60,151 nt of DNA from a virus (lineage: Duplodnaviria; Caudoviricetes), in the IMG/VR virus record IMGVR_UViG_3300008113_000221, positions 1 through 60,151 of that record, one strand, 5' to 3'. This document shows positions 28,401-36,600 of the stretch, piece by piece; position 1 is the first letter of the stretch, and the number at the start of each line of letters is the position of its first letter. The position numbers and the translations under genes are program-made. The notes below the pieces were generated by a model, which saw nothing but the letters and a program-made list of their open reading frames with translations, did no database searches and was not told where the DNA came from.

Positions 28401-28451
28401 CTTATTCTGATTTCTTAAGTCAGTTACAAGAGGTATACTTTGTATTACCAT
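22449..28451 (-). CDS. long tail fibre / receptor-binding protein (2000 aa)
   Basis: Thr/Gly/Ser-rich; 5 copies of TINGTxxDLSANRxxSVGTVTS; 7 copies of LSxxDWxxFNxKQ; GNVGVGTT-type fibre repeats near the C-terminus. Confidence 0.88.
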   Translation of the reverse strand: MVIQSIPLVTDLRNQNKNISTLFYATGLSSEGDNSGGVFWWNPSSTTADDGVDYLQVTGVATGRWERIMDTNGSVPSSRTLTINGTTYDLSANRSWSVGTVTSVSTSGPLTGGTITGSGTIGISQASSSTDGYLSATDWSVFNSKQAAITLTTTGTSGAATLIGGTLNIPIYTPDLSGYVPTSRTITINGTTYDLSANRSWSVGTVTSVDMSVPTGFSVGGNPVTGAGTLALSFASGYSLPTNVKQSNWDDAYTWVSNFPTQTGNAGKFLTTDGNILSWAANPLGTVTSVSFATGTTGTDINSSVANATTTPAITLNIPTASASNRGALSSSDWSVFNSKQGAITLTTTGSSGAATFIGNTLNIPIYSPDLSGYVPTSRTLTINGTSYDLSANRSWSVGTVTSIATSGPITGGTITGSGTIGITQSTTTTDGYLSSTDWNTFNNKQGTITLTTTGTSGVSTLIGNTLNIPNYGSALTGYVPYTGATQDVDLGTYGLITDFVRYNPSSSNIPSAEGVMWWDNTDGTVRLSVKGNTYSVPIGQSVIARVRNSTATNLLRADYKVVKVAGAQGQRLAVSLAQANNDANSASTLGLVCENISTNQEGFIVNIGAITDINTTGSLQGETWVDGTILYLSPTTPGAITNIKPVAPQHTVIIGYVEYAHANNGKIYVKIDNGYELEELHDVAPAPYVNNGVLYRDTTLSLWKSATIPTVLGYTPVNKAGDTMTGYLILNADPVSGLGAATKDYVDNLANGIDWKQSANAGTVAALPSYAVTGSGQILTGSVNGAIPSATTDGVALVAGNRVLVKNETSTLTPNNGIYVVTQAGDGSSPFILTRSADANASSELSEATLSISSGSTLSNTQWHCNPASTPITIGTTYISFSQIGSGVYFGTAPISVSGNTISISQSSGSTNGYLSSTDWTTFNNKQNTLSLTTTGASGSSTLVGSTLNVPTYTLNGLGGASATTTLTINGTSYDLSANRTWSVGTVTSVAALTIGTTGTDISSTVANGTTTPVITLNIPTASATNRGALSSTDWTTFNSKQNAITLTTTGASGSSTLVGATLNVPTYTLSGLGGVPTTRTITINGTAQDLSANRTFSVGTVTSVAALTLGTTGTDLSSTVATGTTTPVITLNVPTASATNRGALSSADWTTFNSKQNAITLTTTGTSGAATLVGATLNIPNYVGFANPMTTLGDVIYGVAAGAATRLAGNITTAKQFLSQTGTGTVSAAPSWATIAGSDITGAALTKTDDTNVTLTLGGTAATALLRAASITVGWTGSLAVGRGGTGATTLTGVLIGNATSAVTAVAGTASQLLRRNAGNTAYEFFTPTYISAAITSLNGLTAATQTFAVGTAGTDFAISSATSTHTFNLPTASATNRGALSSADWTTFNSKQNALTNPVTGTGTTNYLPKFTGTSTIGNSNLINDASGNLGLGVTPSAWSTFKVLQVGSLSSLYSSPSTYLGHNIYYNSGNKYIANGYAQLYGLNDSGQYVWYQAPSGTAGNAISFTQAMTLFANGNLAVGTATDAGYKLDVNGTGRFTDNLSIVKSGNALLCVHASTNTTPVVDIEMMRGTNATWGADAYGDYRFRNSAGNLTIDYGDSGVTTTRLTIASTGAATFSSSVTAASANITGNLTVDTNTLFVDAANNRVGFGTVSPTRKVTISEGTGTNTNAYLSFNNSTERWVIGNEGAFASATNDFFFYDTAYRLVIKQGGNVGVGTTSPSAPLHVNTSSDVGIVLSSSAGAYTSYLNLNAAGGGAAVIRAIGGTPFLFEVGGSERMRITSGGNVLIGTTTDNGADRLQISGNGLFQNGRIVINQNSTSSAGLQVNSNDIVTYTGNLIQGTTLVVGSSAFNLIDLSTNGTVRFRVNGLGEGTFSGGVNYNVLKPTTTNTASTATLTPNLASGDTFTITAQAAALSVASPTGTFVNGQKLLIRIKDNGTARAITWTTGSSGAYRASSDLALPTTTILGKTMYLGFIWNSTDSRWDLIAFLNNFPVIS

Positions 28452-28452
28452 G

Positions 28453-29001
28453 TTAGATATATATGATGGTCAAAACCTGATTCAAATTAAGATTCGCACT
28501 AAATGTTATTGTTCCTGTAGCACTATTGAATGAGTATGTAACTGGTGTTCCAATAGTCTGTAAAACAACATTATCAAGTACAACTATTATAGTTCTGTTT
28601 GCCAGAACAAGATTAGTATACAAGTTTGTGTTTGGCGGCATAGGACTTCCTATTACGCCAACGGTAAATGTTATTGTGCCAGCCGCACCTGCTGTTGCTG
28701 TAGGTATTACAGGAGTTCCAATGACAAGGCCAGATGCTCCGCTATTGGCAACGCCTACTGCTGTAAGTAGCCATTTGCCAAATAAAGCATACATGTAGTT
28801 TCCAACCTTATCATATCCCTCAGTACCAACGAGATATGGCTGACCCCATTTCATTGTTTCGTTAACCATATACAGCAATCTCGTCTTCTTCCTCTCGTCA
28901 ATCCAGCTGTAATACCTCTGTTTCTGATAGTCGTTCATGGACAGATATACGGATATATCAGCCCATTTTATATAGTCTGTTATGGTAGAGTTAGATAACA
29001 T
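28453..29001 (-). CDS. putative tail hub/structural protein
   Basis: Position; beta-rich C-terminal domain. Confidence 0.6.
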   Translation of the reverse strand: MLSNSTITDYIKWADISVYLSMNDYQKQRYYSWIDERKKTRLLYMVNETMKWGQPYLVGTEGYDKVGNYMYALFGKWLLTAVGVANSGASGLVIGTPVIPTATAGAAGTITFTVGVIGSPMPPNTNLYTNLVLANRTIIVVLDNVVLQTIGTPVTYSFNSATGTITFSANLNLNQVLTIIYI

Positions 29002-29540
29002 TAGAATCTAAGTGATGATTGATTAATAATAGCTTTTGCTCTCCTAAGTGCATTGTCTGCACTTATCTGGTCTCCGTAAGTAGCCGCTACTATGGCAGCA
29101 TCCTTTTCTGTCTGAAGCTCACTCCAGCTATCGTAAAACGTAAGGTCATCTATCCTTGCTGGGTTGGTAGCCGCAATCTGTGCTACATTATATAGCGCAG
29201 TATTGGTATAGCAAGTAAGTGCTGCAACACTCTCCTTAGAGTATATACTTCCGCCTTGAGGTGCTGAAGAGTTCAGCTCCATAACTATCCTTAGTCCGTA
29301 ATCTTGGTCTATGCCAGTTATTGTAATCTGGTCTGTAGGATATGACGCAAAGCTAAAGTCTACGTAGTTATTCGGAGAGTTTGCTGGGAACTTGATAGTT
29401 GTTCCGTCTGCCTTATACAGGTATAACCTTCTATACGTAAACGTATTCTTAGCCTCTGAGGCGTATGACGAGGTGTCGGTAATTACAAACTGGGTACAAT
29501 CAATACCCTGCGCTACCGTATAATTTGCTACAAAAGCCAT
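29001..29540 (-). CDS. putative tail hub/structural protein
   Basis: Position; ITDTSSY N-terminal motif. Confidence 0.6.
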   Translation of the reverse strand: MAFVANYTVAQGIDCTQFVITDTSSYASEAKNTFTYRRLYLYKADGTTIKFPANSPNNYVDFSFASYPTDQITITGIDQDYGLRIVMELNSSAPQGGSIYSKESVAALTCYTNTALYNVAQIAATNPARIDDLTFYDSWSELQTEKDAAIVAATYGDQISADNALRRAKAIINQSSLRF

Positions 29541-29554
29541 AGTCTATGTTTTTA

Positions 29555-29562
29555 CAAATATA
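29555..29562 (-). promoter_or_regulatory. TAnnTTTG -7 element (fibre operon)
   Basis: TATATTTG on the minus strand. Confidence 0.65.
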
Positions 29563-29577
29563 AGATTTTTGCAGCTA

Positions 29578-32500
29578 TTATCTGCCCATCTTCATAGAGC
29601 CTCCGCCCATGCCCCCCATCTTCATTCCGCCTTTCATTCCTCCGCCTTTTGACTTTTTAGGGTACTGCCTGAATTTTTCTTCTTTAATTATACCATACCT
29701 TAGCTTTTCACCTGCCCTTATTATGTCTGCATCTTGGAATCCGCTTATTGCAGACAGTCCATTGGCAAGCCCCATAAAAAGAAAGAATCTTCTTTGTTCG
29801 TCAGAAAGCTGTACATCTTTTTCTGTTATGTTAGACATGTCGCTTCTTTCGTTTTCTTTTCTTACTTTTTTTTCAAACTTAAATGCAGCAGGGGCCTCTC
29901 CATTTGCGGCATACGAAATATCCAACATTGACTTATATCCAGTCTTAAACGGTATGCCATAAGTTCCTAGTATATCATACCATCCATAGTCTGAGTTATT
30001 TCTTGGGTTGAATGGGGGCTGAAATGTAGGCTCTTCTTTTACCCAAGAGAAATAGTCTTTTCCTGTGTCGCTAATGGCATTCCCAGACAATACGTAGGCT
30101 ATCCTATTCATTATATTTATTCCAGACTCTTCTACACTAGGGCCAAAGCCGCCAACAGTTAAGTCTCTTAGCACGTATGTGTACCACTTTTTAAATGAGC
30201 CAGATAGAGAATCGTAAAATTCGTCATCATCCTCTATGTCAAACGCTGATTTAAGAACCTCTTTTATACCATATCTGTATATAGACGAAATCAAGAAAAT
30301 ATTAATTGCTGAATACGCAGCTGTTTCTAGTGTAGTGCCAAATACATCTATAGCTGCTTCTTTTTTTTGCATTGAGTTTCCGTACAACATTTTAGACGTA
30401 TCCTCCATTAGCCTAGCTTTCGTATTAGAGCTAAAATTATTAAATGGAAGAATTATATTCTTTATAAGCTCCGCCCACGATGAGCCGTTCTCATTTCTTT
30501 TGAACTCAGACTGCAATACCCTAGTGCTTACGGCCTGTGTTTTGTCAATAGACTGCTGGGCATAAGATAAAGCCATCTCTCTTTCTTCGTTCATTCTAGT
30601 ATGCTCAGTCTTTAAGTCTTCTGCCGTAGTAGGTATTTTGGCAACCTCATTCATATACTGCAAGTAATACGAAGCAAATGTCTTCTTTGCTGCATATACG
30701 TCAGCTGTTGTAAGTGCGTATAAGGATAAAGACCTTATATTCGCTGCTACGTCTCCAACATCTGAAACGACCTTTTTTATCCCTCTCTTTGTCTTTCCGT
30801 ATGAAAGAACCTCTGACTCCTCTGCCCTTCCTGCTGCTCCCATTTCTATACCCCTAGAGCCAACTGGAGCAAGATTAAAAAGCTCTAAGTTAGTAGGCAC
30901 ATTAGATGTCATTACCATTGACATATACTTTGGATTTCTTACAGACGCAAGTATAAGAGGAGTTGTTTGAGATATTATCTGCGTTGGCCTTCCAAGAGCA
31001 ATAGCTGAACCCAAGTCTTTTAATATCCTTGTTGCTGCTAGTGCTACGGAATTAAAAGTCCCATCAGCATTCTTTCTACCGTATCTCATCGTTTCATACT
31101 GCTTCTTAAAAGACTCTGTAAAGAAGTCTGAATTCGCTTGTCCTCCAAATGCCTCAGACATTCCATCAGTATTCTGAGACATGTATTGAAACACTTTTGC
31201 GGAAAGATGCGACTTAGAAGTAAACAGCTGCTCTTGTAGCGTCTTAAATGAGTTAAACTCAAATCTATAGTCAACTGCCTTATTCTTTGGTAGATTGTCA
31301 ACAAGTTTTCTTTCTTTGCTTCTTCCAGTTTCTTTTGGCTTTAGCGTATTATTATTAAATACAGTATCAAATGGGTCAAAATCTTGAGCATCTGTTCCAA
31401 CCTTTTTGTATCTTCTTGGATGATATTGTGGCCTGTTTTCATACTCAAATGTCTCATTCAGGTCTTCTTCTGCATGTGTCTTAAAATCATCTTCGTAAAC
31501 CTTCCACACATTTTTGTTCATCCATTCAGCAGCCTTTACCTCTAGTGGGTGCAGATTAGAGTATCCATTTTTAAAGTCTTCAAGCGTATTAAAGTCTTTT
31601 ACGGAAGACTGGTATATACCATCAAGAAGCTCTCCAATATAATTATCTTCAACATCAGAGCTTTTCTTGTATACTTCTATAGACTTTCTTAGCTGCTCTT
31701 TATTGTTCCTGTAGTCAGAATCTTCTGAGCCAAGCCTTACGTTTGCCAAGTCAGCAAATACACCTATTGTTATATCTGTTTCAGCAGAGTTATGAATTAT
31801 TGGAGTATCGTAATAGAACTTAGAAAACCCTCCTATTAAAAATCTTTTTACTGCGCTGGTAGCCTGCTGCAATCTTGTTACGTTTTCTGCCGCAAGAACT
31901 ATGGCGTATGCGTTATTTACATTTGAGTTAGAGTCGTTTATAACAGAGTTGTCAACTATTCTAATTAGCTCTGCAAGCTGCTTGCTATCTGATATTGACG
32001 CTGGGTCTACTCCAGATATTCTTTTCAGCTTATCAAATAGCTTCTTTTGTTTCGCTGATGCATTAGCGGCAGGAACTGTTCTTGCCAGCTTTTCTTTAAG
32101 TCCAAGTAGGCTATATCCAGCAACTCTTTCTAGGTTATATCTAAGAGCCTTTCTCTTTGCATCGCTAAGAGAATTTAGATATGAGTCCATGTCTTCTGAT
32201 GACATAAACTCGTCTATTGCATTAGCTTCTTCTTCATTTATTCCAAGAACCCCATAGGCATCTTCTACGTCAGATATAACAGATTGCTTTACAGATTTTT
32301 CTATAGGAGCAAATAATTTCTCGGCATTTTTTACATCAAATGCCTGATAATTTGGCGATGTTACTGGAAGCTTAGACGCTGCATACGTAGCAGCAATCCT
32401 GTTAAATTCCGATAGTTCTTTTTGAGATAGATATTCAAGCGGAATATTCTTCATCCTCTTAACTAAGTCAGCAGCCTCCGCAAATGGTTTTACAAGTTTT

Positions 32501-33198
32501 GCTTGCAAAGACTTTCCTGTTCTCAAGTCAGCATCATAATTAGCATTAGCTACAATCTTCTCAAAGTAGTCTGTAAACCTTTTCAAATCCCTTTCGCTAC
32601 TGCCTATATTTGACGCCTTTCTTATAATAGACTCTACCTGCTTTCTAGACAATACGCCTCTTAGCTTATCTGACGTTTTTAGAAAGTCTCCAACCTTTTT
32701 GCTAAACGCTTTCTGAAAAGCAGTTTGCTCTTTTACGCCCTCCTTTCTTCCGGCCTTCTTTCCTTCTATCTCTGCTGCAAGCTTTGCTTCCGCTTGTTTA
32801 AACGCCGACTCGTATTCAAGTTCTTTTATACGCTCTTCGTACTCCGCTTTTGTTATCTTGTTATTGGCAAGCTGGTCTTCAAGAGCTCTTATCTTAGGAG
32901 CCATATCTCTACCTTGCCTCATCTGCCCAGCCAAAAACGCTTCTTTTCTTGCTTCGTCAGCTCCTTGCTTAAACGCCTTTGTTGCCAACCTTACAGTTTC
33001 GTTTAACTGCTTTTTGCCCTGTTTAGATAATAGCTGAACCGCTTCATCGACAGTAGGTATACTACCATCTCCTTTAATCAAAAAAGATACATGCGCAATG
33101 GCATCTATATCCTTTGGAGATTTTCCAGACAACCTTTCAGCCAATCCAGACGTGAGCTCTTTCCAATTATCAGACTTCTTGTTTGGGCAAATAGACAT
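29578..33198 (-). CDS. large internal virion (ejection) protein
   Basis: 1206 aa, helical; last of four large genes downstream of the tail genes. Confidence 0.7.
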   Translation of the reverse strand: MSICPNKKSDNWKELTSGLAERLSGKSPKDIDAIAHVSFLIKGDGSIPTVDEAVQLLSKQGKKQLNETVRLATKAFKQGADEARKEAFLAGQMRQGRDMAPKIRALEDQLANNKITKAEYEERIKELEYESAFKQAEAKLAAEIEGKKAGRKEGVKEQTAFQKAFSKKVGDFLKTSDKLRGVLSRKQVESIIRKASNIGSSERDLKRFTDYFEKIVANANYDADLRTGKSLQAKLVKPFAEAADLVKRMKNIPLEYLSQKELSEFNRIAATYAASKLPVTSPNYQAFDVKNAEKLFAPIEKSVKQSVISDVEDAYGVLGINEEEANAIDEFMSSEDMDSYLNSLSDAKRKALRYNLERVAGYSLLGLKEKLARTVPAANASAKQKKLFDKLKRISGVDPASISDSKQLAELIRIVDNSVINDSNSNVNNAYAIVLAAENVTRLQQATSAVKRFLIGGFSKFYYDTPIIHNSAETDITIGVFADLANVRLGSEDSDYRNNKEQLRKSIEVYKKSSDVEDNYIGELLDGIYQSSVKDFNTLEDFKNGYSNLHPLEVKAAEWMNKNVWKVYEDDFKTHAEEDLNETFEYENRPQYHPRRYKKVGTDAQDFDPFDTVFNNNTLKPKETGRSKERKLVDNLPKNKAVDYRFEFNSFKTLQEQLFTSKSHLSAKVFQYMSQNTDGMSEAFGGQANSDFFTESFKKQYETMRYGRKNADGTFNSVALAATRILKDLGSAIALGRPTQIISQTTPLILASVRNPKYMSMVMTSNVPTNLELFNLAPVGSRGIEMGAAGRAEESEVLSYGKTKRGIKKVVSDVGDVAANIRSLSLYALTTADVYAAKKTFASYYLQYMNEVAKIPTTAEDLKTEHTRMNEEREMALSYAQQSIDKTQAVSTRVLQSEFKRNENGSSWAELIKNIILPFNNFSSNTKARLMEDTSKMLYGNSMQKKEAAIDVFGTTLETAAYSAINIFLISSIYRYGIKEVLKSAFDIEDDDEFYDSLSGSFKKWYTYVLRDLTVGGFGPSVEESGINIMNRIAYVLSGNAISDTGKDYFSWVKEEPTFQPPFNPRNNSDYGWYDILGTYGIPFKTGYKSMLDISYAANGEAPAAFKFEKKVRKENERSDMSNITEKDVQLSDEQRRFFLFMGLANGLSAISGFQDADIIRAGEKLRYGIIKEEKFRQYPKKSKGGGMKGGMKMGGMGGGSMKMGR

Positions 33199-33202
33199 GT
33201 TA

Positions 33203-33367
33203 TTATTTTTTCTTTTTAGGCATAGGTGCGCCTGCCGACCTTAAGGCAATCGCAACTATTTGATTCTGAGGTCTTTTTGTTTCAGGCTTTTTAAGTTCTC
33301 TAATATTTGCGCTTACTGCTTTTTGCATTGCCGCCTTGCTTTTGCCTTTCGCTTTTTTGAGTGGCAT
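33203..33367 (-). CDS. small basic protein
   Basis: Read by hand: MPLKKAKGKSKAAMQKAVSANIREL...QIVAIALRSAG...KKKK*. Confidence 0.7.
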   Translation of the reverse strand: MPLKKAKGKSKAAMQKAVSANIRELKKPETKRPQNQIVAIALRSAGAPMPKKKK

Positions 33368-33370
33368 ATA

Positions 33371-33652
33371 TTATTTTTTAATAAGTGACTTTACCTTATT
33401 TGCAAAACTTCCTAGCAACGAACTGCTCCCTTGTTTCTGTGTACCCGAACTCACTGGCTCTTTCTCTTTGGTATTGCTCTTCAAACTTTGGGTTTGTGAA
33501 CTCTCCGTTGACAAACTCTGGAAGCTCTTCTGCCTCTTGCTCTGTAACTTGTTCAAAGATGGGTTGCTCAAATACTTTAGCAGTTCCTGCTTGTTGGGCT
33601 CGCTCATACTCGGAATAGACTCCTGCAAGATTAGCAATGATTTTGATTTCAT
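33371..33652 (-). CDS. possible overprinted 93-aa ORF
   Basis: Alternative frame over the 3' end of the 1447-aa gene; stops 3 nt before the next ATG. Confidence 0.3.
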   Translation of the reverse strand: MKSKSLLILQESIPSMSEPNKQELLKYLSNPSLNKLQSKRQKSFQSLSTESSQTQSLKSNTKEKEPVSSGTQKQGSSSLLGSFANKVKSLIKK

Positions 33653-36600
33653 TTTCTTTTAATTTATTTTCAGTTTTAGCAAGTGCTGATAACGCTTGCT
33701 CTCTTGTCATAGCCTCTGATTCAAACATTCCACCTGCGGATGTCTCAGATGCTGCATTGTATTTTCTTACAAAGTCCTTAAACTTCATAGGCCCTTCTGC
33801 AATCATTCTATTCATTACGATAACATCTGGGTTATGAGGCTTACCTAACTGCGTCTGACCAATATAATTCCAAAAATCATCTAGCTTGTAGCCCCTCGAC
33901 ACCATATCAGACTGAAGTAATATGGCATCGTTAATCAGTTTCTCAAGACTATAGTTTTCGTTCTTATAGTTTGTCGTAAGTAAAGGTAACGCACTTATGA
34001 TATTTTTTCTAAATGTTTTTACATTATCTGTAGACTTCATTACCTCTGGACTAACTACAGTAGCTAACAATATGTCGTTAATCAAATCTTTTCCAGATTC
34101 CGTAAGTTGATTATCTTGAGAAACATACTCACTTCTTTCTTGCTGAGTAATTATCCCGTTAGCCTCAAGTAAATTTATAAGCGCAGTTCTATCTTGTTTG
34201 CTATCAAACAGCTCGCCCATTGTATTGTATCCAGATATTATATTTAAAATGCCATCCTTTAGGCGCTGATTATTTGATATGATAGCAGCTCTTTTTATTG
34301 CCGTATCAGTAGGGCTTTCTCCTTTCTGAGCCTTCTGGTTATATGCGTCAAGTTCTTTTACAGAATACTCTTTTACGGAGTTGTCTATTTTTACGAGAAC
34401 TGGATTCTTCATACCTCTTACAGCAGCAGGGTCTATGCCAAACTTTGCAGCTCTATCCTCAAGCCTTTTCTTATATTCCGCATATTTTTCTGGAGCTATA
34501 TCCTTAGATAGCTTAATCGCCATTGTTCTTCCGTTTCCAGAAAGAACTATGCCATCAAGGCTTATGATAGGAACTCCTGTATCTGGAGTTGCTGAATCAG
34601 AAATAACAATAGAAGGCTTTAAGTTTCTTGCATCCCTGTTTACCTTTTCTTTTGCTACAGTATCTCCTTTATAGTTCCTTGGATTTACATTCATCCCATT
34701 CTGACTAGGGTATCCTTTTGTATCATTGAATGAAGTCTCATTGTGAGATGCAAGTATGTCATCCATTTCGACTACAGCAAATGCCGCATCTCTGGTTTCT
34801 CCATTAGGCATCTCAATGGTAGTATCCTCTCCAAGTATTATGCCTTTATTCTGAAATCCTTTATTAGCTTCTCCGACTTTAACAGTCTTACCATCAGCAG
34901 GAGCAAGAAGACCTGTTCCGGTCTCCATTGTTGGTTTTACTTCTATGTCGGCCTCTACTACCGCTTGTCCTGCAACTGGTTGAGCTGTCTCCGAAGGCTT
35001 AACTAACGGACTTATAATTTTATCGTACTTATTATAAATTTCATCAAACTTTGCCCTATCTTCCTCGTTAGTTATTTTGCTCCTATCAACAACTCCATCA
35101 ACCTTGTATTGCTCAATATTAGGAATAGCGGCAAGTAGTTCTTTTTGCTCTGCTGCTCTTAGTCTTTCTATTTCATTAACTGGTTCTACAGAAGTCTGTT
35201 CTGATTCTTTTAGTTTTAAATCCGATAAATCTAATGTTATGGTTCCTCTAGAACTATTATTTACGGCAGTCTGTTCTGAAATTTCTTCTGAAATAGCAAT
35301 ATCTTGTTCTTTTATAAATTTAGGGTCATTTTCTGATTTATAAAGTGTTCTATTTTCATTTCTGCCAAAAACAATTAGTCTTGCATTTTTCTCAATTTCC
35401 TCTTTTGTTCTTTTTGGTATTTCTACAGTAGCTTGTGGTGTACCCTTTCTGCTTGTTCCCAATTCTACAACCATATATTCTTTTCCATCCGCATCCGTAA
35501 CTATGCTGCCTACTTTGATTTCTGCGACAACAGGAACTTGTTCAGTAATGATAGGCGCTGCTTCAACGGCAACTTCTGCAACTTGTCCAGATTCGAGCTC
35601 TTGCTTGATTGGTTCGTTTGATTCAACGAAGTCTTCAAATTGTTGTCTTGTTTCATTATTTTCGTTTATTTTCTTTAAGATTATTTGGTACGCTACATCA
35701 TCAGCTGTAGAACCTCTAAAAGTTCTTTTCTTGCCATCCTCTGTCTCTAGGTTTACTGAAACAATATTACCATTAGCGTCTCTGTTAATTGCTGCCAATG
35801 GGTCTGTAAACAAGTTTACAAACTCTGTTCCTCTTACAACTATATTTCCGCTATCTGCAACAGATACAGCAGACTCCTGCTTTTCTATTCCAAGGTCAGA
35901 TATTTTAGAGTCTCCTATCTCGTCTACATTACCTATTTCTACAATCCTATTTTTGCTAGGTATATCAGCGACTACAGTCTGGCCTTCAACTCTTAGTGTA
36001 GCCTTATCACCGTTATATAGAACAGGCATATCTAACATCTCTGATACTGTAATAGCGTCTTTCTCATCTTGCTCAAGTTGCTTATCATCATTTCTTACAG
36101 ACTCTATATCGTATCTTGTTTTGCTAATTTCTTCTGGCTCTGCATCTCCTATCTGCTTAAAGAACTTTCCATCTGCTTCAAAGTAGCTAGTTTCAACACC
36201 AGATACTTCTCCTCTTATCTCGTCATTAAGAGATGCTCTTTTTTCCTCTAATGCTTTTATTTCAGATTCTGCATCAGCGGCAACAGATTCGTCTAATTTG
36301 GATAGCTGCTCTTTTTTTGCGGCAATCTCTTCGTCAACCTTATCCCTTTGCTCTACGATAGGAATAACCTTTTCTTGAACTTCTGGAGGAGTTAGCGGAG
36401 GAAGCTTTTGCTTTATCCTTGCATAGTTTTCTAGAGTAAACATCGTAGCATCTCTATCTTCTTGAGAATAGTTATTCGCATCGAATGTCGCCTCTAATTC
36501 ACTTCTTATGTTGGCAAAGTCTTCATCTGTCTTTGCATTTGCAACGTCTTTTAATACACTTGTATTTACGTTTTTACTAAACGTTGCTATAGTGCCCATG

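Noticed and set aside
22449-28451. Diversity-generating retroelement acting on the fibre
   Set aside because: No reverse transcriptase, and no template/variable repeat pair with adenine-specific mismatches was noticed.
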